Notes: generated by a model from the sequence alone, not told the origin. A stretch of 64,000 nucleotides of DNA from an uncultured Planctomycetaceae bacterium (GCA_963833985.1 CAWIAD010000002.1:1888001-1952000), one strand, 5' to 3'. Positions 42,410-54,561 are shown, counted from the first letter of the stretch. A program made the numbers and translations.

Positions 42410-45037
42410 GCGTCGAACCCGGAAACGACGATGTGGACGCCCGTCTGTCCGATCTGCTCGCACGGGCGCGGCAGCTTACCGAGGAGGGGCTTTTTCGCTC
42501 GCACCTTGCCGTCTGCCGCGAGCTGCGGGCACTGGCGCGCGCGGAACAGCGGCTGATCCCGTACTTGATGGGCAGCTTCCAGTTGATGAACCATGCCAGC
42601 AGCCGGCTCGAGCCGCTCGACCAATCGCGCATTGCCATCGAACTGATCGCGGCCCTGGAACACGAGGACCACGCGCGCTCGATCCAGCCGGACTTCCCTG
42701 AGGCGGAATACGCCGCGACGGCTGCCTGGATGACCGCCTGCGCTTACGACAACCTGGCCGTGGCCACCGGACGGATGAAAGGATTCAATTCCGAAGGAAT
42801 GCACGGCTGTATCAACGAAGGGATCCAGGTGTGCCGCCGGACGGGCAAGCTCGAGTGTATCACCTGCTTCCGCGAGTACGCGACCGACGTGTACAAGGCG
42901 GCCGACGACACGGAGCTGGCCCTGCATTTTGCCCGGCTGGGTGAATCGCACCAGGTCGTCGGCCGTCACGACCGGCGCTGGGTTGGCGCCAAGGACCAGG
43001 CGCATTTGCATCTGCTGCGCGGCGAGCTGCAACCGGCTCTGCATGCCGCACGCCGCGCCTGGGCACTCGCTGAGACCTATCATTCGCCACGCAGCGCGCG
43101 CTGGCAGACGATGCTCCAGCTGCAAACCATCGCCACGATCCTCGGCCGGCCCGGGGAGGCCGCCGACCTGCTCATCGGGCGGCCGGCGACAACGGAGGCG
43201 GTGCCATCGGAAACCGTTGCAGTCGTCGAGCCAGTGCCGCCGGCCGGTGAAAACTTGCAGCTGGAGCACGACCGCGCGCGGCTGGACGCGCTGCATGCCC
43301 TGACCGACGGCCGTGCCGGGGAAGCCATCGCCATTCTCGAGAACTACGATCGGCTGCTGGAGCGCACGGGCCATCTGGAGCGATGGTTCGACAACCGTCT
43401 GGAGCTTCTGGCCGCTCACGCCTTCTCCGGGCGGACGAGCGTCTTGCCTTCGCTGGCGGGGCGCCTGGAGGAGCGTGCCAGGACGGCCCGAGACTGGCTC
43501 ACCCTGCGCCGCCTCGGGAGGATCCTGGAGAGCGGTCCTTCCCGGCTTCCCCTGCCGCTCCTGTCCGACCCGGACATCGGTCCGTTTGCGTCCCGGTCAA
43601 GCACAGCCGCGGTCGGGATCGCGTCTCGGCCGGATGCTCCGGAAACGGTGAGCGAACCTGCGGGGGCCGCTCAGCCCGCGGCGCCATCCCCTTTGCACGC
43701 GACCATCACCGGGTTCTTTCAACGGCTGGGAGAGATCTCCGAGAGCCCCGCGGCCGAGGCGCGTTCGTTGCTCCTGAGCGAGATACTCTCGGTCAATCCC
43801 GCGGATGTCGGCGACCCCCGGGAGGCAGGGGCCTTGCTCTACCTGCTGGAGGTCCTGGGAACCGAGGATGCCGATCTCCGCTCGCTCTGGGACTGGGCAA
43901 CCCGGGCCGCGCAGCCGTTCCGAGAGCACGCGGGCGTTCTGAGCCAGCTCGCGGGCCTGGGGGCAAGATGGACCGCCGATCCGGACTCGGTCCTGTGTGA
44001 CGTGATCGCGCGTGACGAGCTGGGCCGGATGTTCCGGCGCTCGCTCGACCTGGACCGTGACGCGCCCGCGAGTTTCGCCCGCGCCGCGGCTTATTATCTC
44101 CAGGAAGGGGACCTCGGAGAAGCCGAGCGCTGCCTGGCACGCGGCTTCAGGCTGGACCGCACCAGCACCTATCTGGCCATCCAGCTCTGTGACGTCTACC
44201 AGAATTCGGAACGGCCGCGCGACGCCCTGGCCGTGCTGGATCTCGCGTTGCGTGCGGGGTCACGTGATCCCGACGTGCTCTGGCGTGCCTCCAATCTGGC
44301 GTCGCATCTGGGGCAGTGGGAGCCCATGCTCAGTTATCTGGACCACTTCGAGGCCGCCAGCCCGGGCCGCCCGTGGACGTGTTACCAGCGCGCATTCGGC
44401 CTGCTGGAGCTGAACCGGGCCGCCGAGGCCCTGGAGGCCGCCGAGGAAGAGATGCGCCGGAGCCCGGAATCTCCCTTTCCCGCCCAGGTTCTGGCGGCTG
44501 CCGCGGTGGGGTCCCTGGGCGAACAGGAACAGTTCCACCAGCGGCTGCGCGCCGTGCTCGACGTGCGGCTTGCCGACGTTGACGCGCTCACGACGCTCGG
44601 GCTCGTGAGGCTCTATGAGCGACTCTGGAAATCCGCCGCCGGGCCCCTTGCAGGCGACCCGCTGCTCCTGGAACTGGAAGACCTGCTGCTGGCCAGCGGC
44701 CTGGCGCCGAATGATCTGTTCAGCGCAGCGCGGCAGTCCGGCGAGATGGTGCCCGACGTCAACTTCTACGAGTGTGCGGTGGAGCAGTCGCTGGACGCGG
44801 ACTGGCCCGGGTCCGCGGAATGTCTGGCCGGGGAAGCGGGCTGGAGCAGCTATGACCTTTGCTGGGGTGTCCTGGCGCGCGATGAGGACGAGGCGCGGCA
44901 GCTCGTCACCGAGTGGCAGCACCGCTGTTACCCGATCCCCTTCGTCTGGAAGTCCGTCGAGCCTCAGCAGCTCGGGCTATCGGGACCGGGTGGGCGTTGT
45001 CTGGCAGGGCCTGCGCGAGGGAAGCGAAGCCGGATGA
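42406..45037 (+). CDS. Large TPR-like protein coupled to the HSP90 gene; probable frameshift near 44975 (otherwise ends at 45081)
   Basis: ATGA overlap with the HSP90 stop; helical repeats (AERCLARGFRLD, ALAVLDLAL); Cys-rich N-terminal block. Confidence 0.75.
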
Positions 45038-45175
45038 CGCGGGCGGTGACCTCGGCAGCCGTGCTGCCGTATCGACAATAACCGCCGAGCCATGGCGAAT
45101 TCCCTGCTGACCGGGAACGAGCCGTCTTGTGCCGGACGTGCGGGGCGATTTGCCTGTTTGTGAGATCGAACGCTT

Positions 45176-46099
45176 ATGAACTCAGCCATTGCGATCCAGG
45201 GCGTCACCAAGCGGTTCGGCGGAGTGATCGCCGTCGACAACCTCGACCTGGAAGTGCCGCGGGGCTCGCTCTACGGGTTCATCGGGCCCAACGGCTCGGG
45301 CAAATCGACGACCCTGCGCATGATCATGCACATCCTCTTGCCCGACGAGGGCGAGCTCGAGGTCCTGGGCGTGCGGGACACCCGCGCGGCACACGACCGT
45401 GTGAGCTACCTGCCGGAGGAGCGCGGGCTCTACAAGCGGATGAGCGTACGGAGGCTATTGCGTTACTTTGGCGCGCTCAAGGGGGCAAGGCAGCCCGAGC
45501 TGGACCAGGCCATCGATCACTGGCTCGATCGCATGGGGCTCTCCGAGTGGATCGACAAGAAGGTCGACGCCCTGTCCAAGGGCATGGCCCAGAAGGTGCA
45601 GTTCATCGCGTCGGTTTTGAACGCTCCCGAGCTGCTCATCCTGGACGAGCCATTCACCGGGCTGGACCCGGTCAACGCCGAGGTGCTCAGGGACGCCGTG
45701 CTGGACCTGCGTCGCGCCGGGACCACCGTGGTCTTCTCGACCCATGACATGTCCGTTGCCGAGCGGCTCTGCGACCGCATCTTCATGATCTTCAAGGGCC
45801 GCAAGGTGCTGGACGGAACGCTCGACGAGATCCAGGCGAATTACGGCCACGACACGATCCGCGTGCGTACCGAGGCCGGCATGGCGGCGCTGGACGGGCT
45901 CGACGGCATCATGGAAATCAACGACCTGGGCAATTACCAGGAAGTCCGCTGGCGGGGTGATCCGCAAGACCTGCTGCCCGCGCTGGCCGCGCGCACGCGC
46001 ATCTCTCACTTCGAGGTCACACGCCCGTCGCTGCACGATATCTTCGTCCGCATTGCCACGCCCGAGCAGCCGGCCCAACAGAAAAAGAGCGTTTCATGA
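45176..46099 (+). CDS. ABC transporter ATP-binding protein (NatA-like)
   Basis: GPNGSGKST, LSKGM, ILDEP and STH motifs; C-terminal PSLHDIF. Confidence 0.93.
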   Translation: MNSAIAIQGVTKRFGGVIAVDNLDLEVPRGSLYGFIGPNGSGKSTTLRMIMHILLPDEGELEVLGVRDTRAAHDRVSYLPEERGLYKRMSVRRLLRYFGALKGARQPELDQAIDHWLDRMGLSEWIDKKVDALSKGMAQKVQFIASVLNAPELLILDEPFTGLDPVNAEVLRDAVLDLRRAGTTVVFSTHDMSVAERLCDRIFMIFKGRKVLDGTLDEIQANYGHDTIRVRTEAGMAALDGLDGIMEINDLGNYQEVRWRGDPQDLLPALAARTRISHFEVTRPSLHDIFVRIATPEQPAQQKKSVS

Positions 46100-47435
46100 A
46101 CACAAACTTTTATAAAGTGTACGTGGTGGCCACCACCGAATTCGGGTCGGCAATCCGCACCAAGTCGTTCCTGGTGGGGATCTTGCTGTTGCCGGTCATC
46201 ATGGGTCTCTCGATCGGCCTCCAGATCTTCGTCGCCGATCGGGTGGACACCAAGCCGCGAAAGTTCGTGGTCATCGACCGCAGCGGCGCACTTTACCCCG
46301 CCATCGAAGAGGCGGCCCTGGCCCACAACGCCAAGCTGCCCGAGGCCCGCGGCCGGAACGCCCGGCCGCGGATGGAGCCGGAGCTGGAGCGCTCCGCCGG
46401 CACGGGCGAAGACCCTACGGCCCTGGGATTGGAGCTCTCCGACCGCATTCATCGCGGCGACCTCGACGCCTACGTGGAGATTCCGCCTGGCGTGGTGGAC
46501 CCTCCGGCCGACGCGGCCGACACGAAGCCTCTGGAATACCACTCGAATAACCCCAACGATGACACGATCCGCAACTGGTTGACCGTGGTGGTGAACGATG
46601 CCGTTCGCGCCCGGCGGTTCCGGGCCGCGGGCCTTGACCGGGCGCTCGCCGAAAAGCTGAGCCGGCCGGTGGAAGTGGAGAACCAGGGTCTCGTGGAGCG
46701 CAGCGCCGAGGGGGCGCGTCCGCAAGCGTCCGCTCGGCCGAAAAGATTGACATGTTCCGGACCGCGGGGGTCCCAGCGGCACTCATGTTCATCATGTTCT
46801 TCGTGATCATGACCAGCGCCCCGCAACTGCTCAACAGCGTCATCGAGGAGAAGATGAGCCGGATCAGCGAGGTGCTGCTCGGTTCCGTGACCCCGTTCGA
46901 GCTGATGCTGGGCAAGCTGCTCGGCAATGCGGGCATCGCCATGCTGCTGGCGTTCCTCTACGTGGCCGGCGGCTTCGCGGTCGCGGCTTACCATGGCTAC
47001 GCGAATGTCATCTCCCCGGGCCTGATCGTGGCCCTGGTCGTGTTTCTCTTCCTGGCGATCTTGCTGTACGGCTCGCTCTACATGGCCGTCGGCTCGGCGT
47101 GCAGCGAGCTCAAGGACGCCCAGTCGCTCATGATGCCGGTGATGCTGCTGTCGATGATTCCGATCTTCGTCTGGACGGCCGTGCTCAAGAACCCCGCCAG
47201 TTCGCTCTCGGTGGGAATGTCGCTCTTCCCGCCGGCCAGCCCGTTCCTCATGCTCATGCGGCTGGCGCTGAGGCCGGCGCCTCCCGCGTGGCAGGTCGCG
47301 CTTGCGGTCGTGCTCACGACGCTCACGGCCATGGCCATCATCTGGGCTGCCGGCAAGATCTTCCGCACCGGCCTCTTGATGCAGGGCAAGCCGCCCAGCT
47401 TCCTTGAGCTGGCCCGCTGGGTGATGGCAAAATGA
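46096..47435 (+). CDS. ABC transporter permease (NatB-like); frameshift near 46730
   Basis: ATGA overlap, N-terminal TM plus large loop, IEEKMSRISEVLL motif, TM helices. Confidence 0.88.
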
Positions 47436-47492
47436 TGCGCTGACGAAATCATGCACCGGGCGGTGCGGTGTCTCCGGACGAGGCGGTCAGGC

Positions 47493-48878
47493 ATGGAACC
47501 CGACGAGCTCGATGCGCTGCGGGAAGTTGTCCAGCGCAGTCCGCACGCCTGGGCCGGGATGCTGGCGGTTCTGGCGACAGTTTTCGCCGTTGCCTGGCTG
47601 GGCGCCTGGCTGGCGATGACCGTGACCGCGTGGCCGTTCAGGAGATCAGCGAGTGGATCCTGGACCGAGCGGGCACGGTCGTACTGGCCCTCACGGCGTG
47701 CGGGGGCCATGGCCCTGGTGATGCTTTGCTTACCGGCGATGCTCGCCTTTCTGCCGTCGCCCTTCAAGATCCCTCTTCTCCCGTCCGCCGTGCAGATGGC
47801 CCTGGCGTGTGGCGTCGCTTTCTGGGGAGCCCTCGAGGCGAACCTGCGCCGCGAATTTCGTATCAACCCCGCCTATGCGTTCACGCGATCGCCCCTGCGC
47901 CGGCCAGGCTTTCCTGGCTCATGCATCTGGGACCGGTCTTCCTCGGTATTGTCTTCCTGAGCGCGCTGCTTCCGGACCGCCTGAATGCAAGGGCGGTGCT
48001 TGTGCTGTCGGCGTTCACGCTGGTGCTGGCCGCCTACCTCGCATGGGGACGAGCCTGGCTGCTGCGGGTCCTGGGCATCATCCGGCCTGCTTCCGACCGC
48101 CTGCGCCGGGTCGTGGGGCAAACGGCGGAGCTCGCGAGCGTGGTTCCGCGCGGTTGTGGAGGTGGGTCTGCCCATGGCCAACGCCTTCGCATACCCGCTC
48201 CAGAAGACGCTGGGAGTGAGCGATGCCGGCCTGGCCGTTCTGGACGACGACGAGCTGGCCGCCATCTGTGCCCATGAGCTGGCGCATCTTCAGGAACCGC
48301 GCGGCGTGGTCTGGTCGCGCATGCTCCGAAGCTGGCTGATTGTCATCTACGCCGCCATGATCGCGGCCACGGTGCGGCCGTTGCCCGGTAGCTTCGGGCC
48401 GGTGGCTTACCTCTGGGGCTTTCTCGGCGCCAACCTCTTTCTGATCGTCGGAGTCACTCTCTCCAGCAAGCTCTCTCTGAAAATGGAACACCGCGCCGAT
48501 GCGCAGGCCGCCGCAGCGCAGGCGTTGCCGGGTGTTTATGCCCGGGCGCTGGAGAAGCTCTACGAGGTGAACCTCGTCCCCGCGGTGATCGGATCGAAAC
48601 GGCGGACGCATCCCGACCTTTACGATCGGATGCTGCGGGCGGGAGTGACGCCGGCCTATGCTCGCCCTGCGCCGCCCCCGCGCTGGCCTGCGCTGCTGGG
48701 CCTGGCCACACTGGTGGGCGTGATCTTTGTGGGTGTCTGGACGTGCCGCCTGGTCGCGGGAGAGCTGCCCGACGCGTTGCTCGGCCACCGGGAATCGATG
48801 CTCTGGAAAATCGGCGGCGGGCGGGCCGTGCCGAACGAGACCGTGGAGCTGCTCGATCGACCCGATTTTCCCCGGTGA
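47493..48878 (+). CDS. M48-family membrane zinc metallopeptidase; frameshifts near 47900 and 48140
   Basis: ANAFA, AHELAH, EHRAD and THP motifs; TM helices spread across three frames. Confidence 0.78.
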
Positions 48879-48949
48879 GCGACCAGACCAGATTCGTAGG
48901 GAAGTCCGATCGCTCACGCGCGTGATGACGCAGTCAGCAGACAGAGGAA

Positions 48950-50005
48950 TCAGTATTGATCGCCGCCGATGATCTCGCCGCCGTTGCGAGTGGCAAGAGC
49001 CTGGTAGACGCCGACGCGCGCACCCGGGTTGAGGACGAGCCCGTAGTAGGAAGGCGAGGCCAGGCTCGTGCCGTTCGGGATGCCGTTGACCTGGGGGGAA
49101 GGAATGGCCCAGGAATCGATCGAGTCCCTGAGGAAGCGCACCGATCCGTCGCACATGGCGACGTTCACCCCGCCCGGGTGGAAGCTCATGGCGTCAAGGA
49201 TTGCCCAGGTGGTGAGGGCGGCATTCCCCGGGTCGTTCATCGGATCGGAGTAGTGACGTCCCCAGTTGGGCTGAAATCGGGCTTCGAGCGATGTCGAGGT
49301 CGGGTCGGCTCCGCTCCACGTGTGAATATAGCCTTGCGTCGCGGTGCTGAAGACGCCGTGGCCGTTCTCCGAGTACATGATCGTATTGCTCGTGCCGTCG
49401 GTGATCGAGGCCAGCGTCACCTTTCCGCCGGCGACGATCGGCCCTTTCGCGAAGCTGGCCAGTTGCGGGTCGGTGTCGAGACTTCCGAATCCGCCGGCCG
49501 AGGGATTGTAAACCAGGTTGAACGCGTTCCACGGCCCGGCGTTACCGGAGTAGTGGCTGTGAAACTCCTGGAACGACGGCGGCCCGAACTCGAGCGGGTT
49601 GGAGACGCCGGCAGACGGGTCGCTCGGGCAAAAGAAGACCGAGATTCCCACACCGGGCACGGTCCAGTTATCCGGCATGAAGAAGGGCAGGGAAAAATTG
49701 GTCGCGTTGTAGACCGCGGTCTGCTCCATGTACGGGCAGATTCGCAGCAACGAGGTATAGCCGATGTTGCCCCCGTTGCAGAGCATGGCCGGCGGAAGGC
49801 TTCCCGAACTCGATTCATAACTCATCGCCGCCAGAGCGATCTGCTTGAGGTTGTTGGTGCATTGCATCCGCCGGGCGGCCTCCCGCGCGGACTGGACCGC
49901 GGGCAAGAGCAGGGAGATCAAGGCGGCGATGATCGCGATGACCACCAGCAACTCGATGAGCGTGAACGCCCGATGGCGGGTCCGGCTCGCATTGGCGTGA
50001 TCCAT
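48950..50005 (-). CDS. DUF1559 domain protein (prepilin-type N-terminus, H-X9-DG C-terminus)
   Basis: AFTLIELLVVIAII, AREAARRMQCTNNLKQ, ITDGTSNT and HPGGVNVAMCDGSVRF. Confidence 0.95.
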   Translation of the reverse strand: MDHANASRTRHRAFTLIELLVVIAIIAALISLLLPAVQSAREAARRMQCTNNLKQIALAAMSYESSSGSLPPAMLCNGGNIGYTSLLRICPYMEQTAVYNATNFSLPFFMPDNWTVPGVGISVFFCPSDPSAGVSNPLEFGPPSFQEFHSHYSGNAGPWNAFNLVYNPSAGGFGSLDTDPQLASFAKGPIVAGGKVTLASITDGTSNTIMYSENGHGVFSTATQGYIHTWSGADPTSTSLEARFQPNWGRHYSDPMNDPGNAALTTWAILDAMSFHPGGVNVAMCDGSVRFLRDSIDSWAIPSPQVNGIPNGTSLASPSYYGLVLNPGARVGVYQALATRNGGEIIGGDQY

Positions 50006-50187
50006 TTGAGATTCTCACATGAAAAGACATGGTTCCAGTACAGAACCCCCGTTGAGGCCGGATGCTCCGCGCATCCCAGCCATCCTTGCCGAGCCCTTCT
50101 CGCACCCGATCTCACGTGCGCCCGATACGGACAGACCACGCGAGACCCGGCTCGCGCTATGAAAACGATCTGGTCTTCCGATGCGCG

Positions 50188-50382
50188 TCAACGAGAACGT
50201 TTCACTTTGTCCCTGGGAGAGGGCACCTTGGCCGGAGGCTGGTACTTGAGAGATTCCTTGGGGATGTCGATCGAGCCCGCACCCCGCACGGAATCATCCT
50301 TGTCACACCCGGCAGGCCACACCAGGAGAGCGCAGAACAACAAGCAGGCCCAGCGGGAACTTTCTCGGCGACGAACTGTCAT
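50188..50382 (-). CDS. Small putative lipoprotein upstream of the DUF1559 gene
   Basis: Basic N-terminus, hydrophobic stretch, lipobox-like PAGC. Confidence 0.65.
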   Translation of the reverse strand: MTVRRRESSRWACLLFCALLVWPAGCDKDDSVRGAGSIDIPKESLKYQPPAKVPSPRDKVKRSR

Positions 50383-50660
50383 GGAGCAATCTCGAGATCC
50401 ATGAAAGGGGAGAGCCGTGGAATGTCGAGCCATGCGGACCATGAACGAAAAGATTCCGCCGGAATTGCACCAATCTCATTGCATCCGGTAAGGACGGCCC
50501 CCCATGGCGATTTCAGTCCTAAAAGCTTAAAACACCGGTCGCCACGAAGTCAAGCCAGCAGTCCTTGCTTCGGTTCAGAAATGAGGATTCCTCGTCCGGT
50601 TTGCCGGCGCTCCCGGGGCCGGCAGCGCGCCGGCCGCAACGGTGTCCCATTCACTCCGGC

Positions 50661-51975
50661 TCAATCGTGCGGATAGTTCTCCAGGTAGCGGGCGAGGCGA
50701 TGGAAATCGGAGCCGGCCTCGATGAACCGCACCACGGTCACCAGGGTCTCGGGGTTGACCAGCTCCTCGAAAGGCACGTACGACAGGTCAAGCTGGCCGG
50801 AGCACGAGATCATCACGCCGTTCAGGCCTTGCTCGGCCAGAGCGCGGTAGGCACCCACGCCAAGCTGGCTGCCCAGGATGACATCGAAAGCGTGGGGCAG
50901 GGCGCACCGGGCCTCGTAGCCGAGCTGAATGCCGGTGAGGCGCTTGCTCTTGCCGGTGCGCTTCTTGTACTCGGCCTCGACGGCCTTGACCATGGTGCGC
51001 GCCAGGTTCGTCTGGCCGAGCGCGATATGGCCATGGTCGTCGAACTTGATCTCTCCCAGGTAGCTCAAGGGGAGGAAGCTGCCCAGACCCTCGGCGATCA
51101 CGATCACGCCGAACTCCTTGCCGTCGGCCTCGCGCCAGCATCACCCGTATGATCTTATCGACAACCTTGTTGATGTCCATGACAATGCGCTTGGTGGCGA
51201 TACCCGTACTGGGATCGGTGACGGTCTCCTCGGCGCTCAGGCCCTGGTGGATGTCTTCCACGCTCAGCGCCAGGCTCGCCTCGCCGGCGATGGCGGCCCC
51301 GTAGGCCAGCCACCCGGCGCTGCGGCCCATGCACTCGGCGATGAAGTAGCCGCGGGTGGCTTCCGCATCGGCCAGCAGGTTGCGCACCTCTCCGGCCAGC
51401 GTCTCGACGGCCGTGAAGTAGCCGAACGTGAAATCGATGCCGCGGTAATCGTTGTCGATCGTCTTGGGAACGTGCACCACCGAGATCCGCTTCTGGCCGG
51501 CGGGCAGATGATCCTGGAAGAGCTTGAACTTGTTCGCGGTCTTGAGGGTGTCGTCGCCGCCGATCGAGACGAGGGCGTCCACGCCCAGCGAGCAGAGGGC
51601 CTGGTGCACGGTCTGCAACGGCGCGGTGCATTTCGGGTCGGTCAAATGGCTGGGGTTCGAGACGTCCTTGCCCGGGTTGGTGCGGGCCGTGCCGATCATG
51701 ATGCCGCGCGTGTTGCGGGTGCGGCGCAGCGCCTTCTGGTTCAGCACCAGGTAGTCGCGCCCCTCCTGCATGGGGTGATCGGGGGCGAACTCCACCAGGT
51801 GCGAGTAGCCGTGCCGGATGCCCAGGACCTCAATATTGTTGCGCAGGAATGCGGACGCTGCGGTCGAGATCACGGCGTTGGCCGCCGGCGCCGGGCCGCC
51901 GGCAAAGAGGATGGCGACGCGGCGGATCGGGCTGGTGCCCTGTGGCGCAGGCTTATCAGCGGCTGAAGCGGGCAT
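50661..51975 (-). CDS. pfp: 6-phosphofructokinase, probably pyrophosphate-dependent; frameshift near 51133
   Basis: GGPAPAAN, GTAR, GGDDT (Asp indicates PPi specificity), PKTIDND, ECMGR and LGYEAR motifs. Confidence 0.9.
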
Positions 51976-52243
51976 TGGAGACTCCCAGGGAGGTCACTTG
52001 CAAGCGATTGGTCTGGTTCGGGGATGCCTCCGCCGCGGCCCGATCCTCTTTGCCCGGTGCGATCAAGAGCTTGAAGATCGGCGCAGGCTTCGCGCCCCAT
52101 CCTGCTTTATGAGCATTCAACCAAAAGTCATGAGAGCCAAAGGCGTACTCGTCCCTCAGACTACACGCGCGGTGGCCCGGTCACAAGAGATTGCCACGCG
52201 GCCCGGCAGACCGCAGACATGAAGACGGCGGCTGCGTGCCCGC

Positions 52244-52873
52244 TCAGGGAGTGCCCGGCGATCCGCTGGCCGCGAACCGGGTGGGGCCCAGCGGGTCCAT
52301 CTCGTCGAGCCAGTGCTCGGCCTGGGTGGCCAGGCGATGAATCGTCTCGGCGCTGCCCCCGCGGACCAGGGCGGCGATCCGGCCGTCGCCGTCAACCAGG
52401 ACCTGAAGCGGAGGCTCGGCGCTGTCGATGCCGAACCGCCGCAGGACCTCCGCGCCGGCGCGATAGCCCGGGATGGTGGCGTGCACCCCCTGGAGCGCCG
52501 CCTTCACCTGCTCGGGAGGGTCGGTGAAGACGGCCGCGGTCATCATGCTGAACCGCCGGTGCGCCTTGAGCCGCTTCCAGACCGGTTCCAGGTTCTCCAT
52601 GCATTCCTTGCCGGTGGCTGAGCTGGCCGACCAGAAGATGATCCAGGTGACATTCCCCTTCGTTCCCAGCAGGAGCAACGGCTGGGCGGTCTCGAGCTCG
52701 ATCAATTTCAGCGGCGGTAAGGCCGCGCCCACGGCCAGCGTGGCGGGCCGTGGCGTCGGCCGGAACCGTAGCCAGGCCGTCCAGCCCACGAACAGGACCG
52801 TCAGAATGGCCAGCACGACGCTGACCCGGTCGAACCGTCGAGCCCGGGCCTTGCCCGCGAGATCATCATTCAT
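52244..52873 (-). CDS. Membrane-anchored thioredoxin-fold (TlpA-like) protein lacking CxxC
   Basis: N-terminal TM, IIFWSASSATG at the WCxxC position, P...LVDGDGRI. Confidence 0.65.
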   Translation of the reverse strand: MNDDLAGKARARRFDRVSVVLAILTVLFVGWTAWLRFRPTPRPATLAVGAALPPLKLIELETAQPLLLLGTKGNVTWIIFWSASSATGKECMENLEPVWKRLKAHRRFSMMTAAVFTDPPEQVKAALQGVHATIPGYRAGAEVLRRFGIDSAEPPLQVLVDGDGRIAALVRGGSAETIHRLATQAEHWLDEMDPLGPTRFAASGSPGTP

Positions 52874-52966
52874 GCTGAAAATCGCAATTCAGTAAGAATG
52901 CAAGTCGATGAAGTGGATCACTCCGCGGAGGCGAGACGAGACGGGCTCGCCAGCCTGGCGCTTCCG

Positions 52967-54349
52967 CTAGCGCCGCCCGGCCCCGCCGTCGCCCAGCGGC
53001 GTGAGCACGATGATGGTGTCGATGGGCGTGCGCAGGTCCTCCGGCAAGGTCAGCTTCAAGGTATCGCCCTGCTGGACCAGCTTCAGCGGAGCGGTCTTGC
53101 CGAATGCCAGCGGAGTGTACGTTGCCAGGCTGCCGGGCAGGTCCAGCGAAGGCGCTGGTTTGATGACGTGGAGATACACGTCGAGCGGAGTCGCCGGTGG
53201 TACGCTCATGGTCGACACGCCCCACGGCTGAGGAGCGACCGGTCCCTTGCGCGTGCCGTAGACCGTCTTGCCGTTGGCTTCGAGCCATTTGCCGACGGCC
53301 AGCAGCCGCTCGCTGAACTCCTTGCCGATGGTGCCGTCCGGGCGGGGGCCGACGTTCAGCAGCAGGTTCGCACCCCGTCCCGCGGCTCCCAGCAGGGCAT
53401 GAATCACTTGCTCGGGCGATTTGAAATGGTCGTCACGCGCGTTATAGCCCCACGAGTTGTTCATCGTCAGGCACGTCTCCAGCGGCAGTTGCGCGGTCAC
53501 GCCGGCCTTGTTGAAGCCGGCCGAGTTCTCGCCCGGCAGGTCCTGCTCGAACATCTGAAAATCCTCGCCCGGGAAGGGGGTCACATGGTGATTGTTGCCG
53601 GCCAGTGCGCCCGGCTGGAGCTCGTGGATGATGCGGTACGTTCCGGCCAGGTCCCAGTCGGCCTCGGGGCGGTCCCACCAGCCGTCGAACCAGATACCGC
53701 CAATCGGGCCGTAGTTGGTACAGAGCTCGCGCACCTGCCCCTGGTAGTAGGCCACGTAGGTCTTCCAGTCGCCCTTCTCTTCGCGGCCGGCCGTCTTGCC
53801 GGTCCTGCCGCGGGGGAAGTAGTCGGGATGGTGCCAGTCCAGCAGCGAGTAGTAGAAGAAAAGCTTGATGCCCTGCTTGTGGCAGGCATTCGCCAGCGCC
53901 TTCATCGGGTCCTTGCCGTAGGGCGTGGCATCGACGATGTCGTACGAGGTCAGGCTGCTGTCGTACATGCAGAAGCCGTCATGGTGCTTGCTGGTGATGG
54001 TGATGTATTTCATGCCGGCGGCCTTGGCCAGCCGGACCCACTCGTCCGCATCGAACTTCACCGGGTTGAAGCGCGCGGGTAGCTTCTCGTACTCGCTGAT
54101 CGGCAGCTTGTCGTTGTTCATGACCCACTCGCCCTTGGCCAGCAGCGAGTAGACGCCCCAGTGCACGAAGAGACCGAACTTCGCGTCCTCGAACCAGCGC
54201 TTCGCGGCCGCGTTCGGGTTCTCGGAAGAGGAGGGCGGATCCTCGGCACGCAGCCTGCGCGGGTTTGCCAGCCCACTGGCCAGGACGACCGCAAGGGCAA
54301 GCCATGCGGCACGGGTCCGCTGTCTCGAATTCCAGTGGCGCTTGTTCAT
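52967..54349 (-). CDS. Alpha-L-fucosidase (GH29), secreted
   Basis: KFGLFVHWG, KHHDGF, WFDG nucleophile and LLLNVGP motifs; signal peptide. Confidence 0.93.
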   Translation of the reverse strand: MNKRHWNSRQRTRAAWLALAVVLASGLANPRRLRAEDPPSSSENPNAAAKRWFEDAKFGLFVHWGVYSLLAKGEWVMNNDKLPISEYEKLPARFNPVKFDADEWVRLAKAAGMKYITITSKHHDGFCMYDSSLTSYDIVDATPYGKDPMKALANACHKQGIKLFFYYSLLDWHHPDYFPRGRTGKTAGREEKGDWKTYVAYYQGQVRELCTNYGPIGGIWFDGWWDRPEADWDLAGTYRIIHELQPGALAGNNHHVTPFPGEDFQMFEQDLPGENSAGFNKAGVTAQLPLETCLTMNNSWGYNARDDHFKSPEQVIHALLGAAGRGANLLLNVGPRPDGTIGKEFSERLLAVGKWLEANGKTVYGTRKGPVAPQPWGVSTMSVPPATPLDVYLHVIKPAPSLDLPGSLATYTPLAFGKTAPLKLVQQGDTLKLTLPEDLRTPIDTIIVLTPLGDGGAGRR

Positions 54350-54480
54350 GATGCCTCCTCGATGCGATGCCCTGTTTTCCGCCTCTGCCGCGCCGGCTGG
54401 CCCACGGGCGGCCATAGCCAAACTTCGCCGTTTCCCGGCTCCAAGTCAAGCCATCGTCCGGGCCGCGAGCGCACGCCAAA

Positions 54481-54522
54481 TCTACGAAAATCTTCGTTGA
54501 CTTCCTACGAAGCGTTTCGTAG
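54481..54522 (+). promoter_or_regulatory. Tandem palindromic operator (BlaI-type) overlapping a TTGACT -35-like hexamer
   Basis: tctacgaaaatcttcgttga and ctacgaagcgtttcgtag, 40-80 bp upstream of blaI. Confidence 0.75.
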
Positions 54523-54561
54523 AAATGAGGGGGCTGGATTCCGCGGTGCGAGGTCAACACC

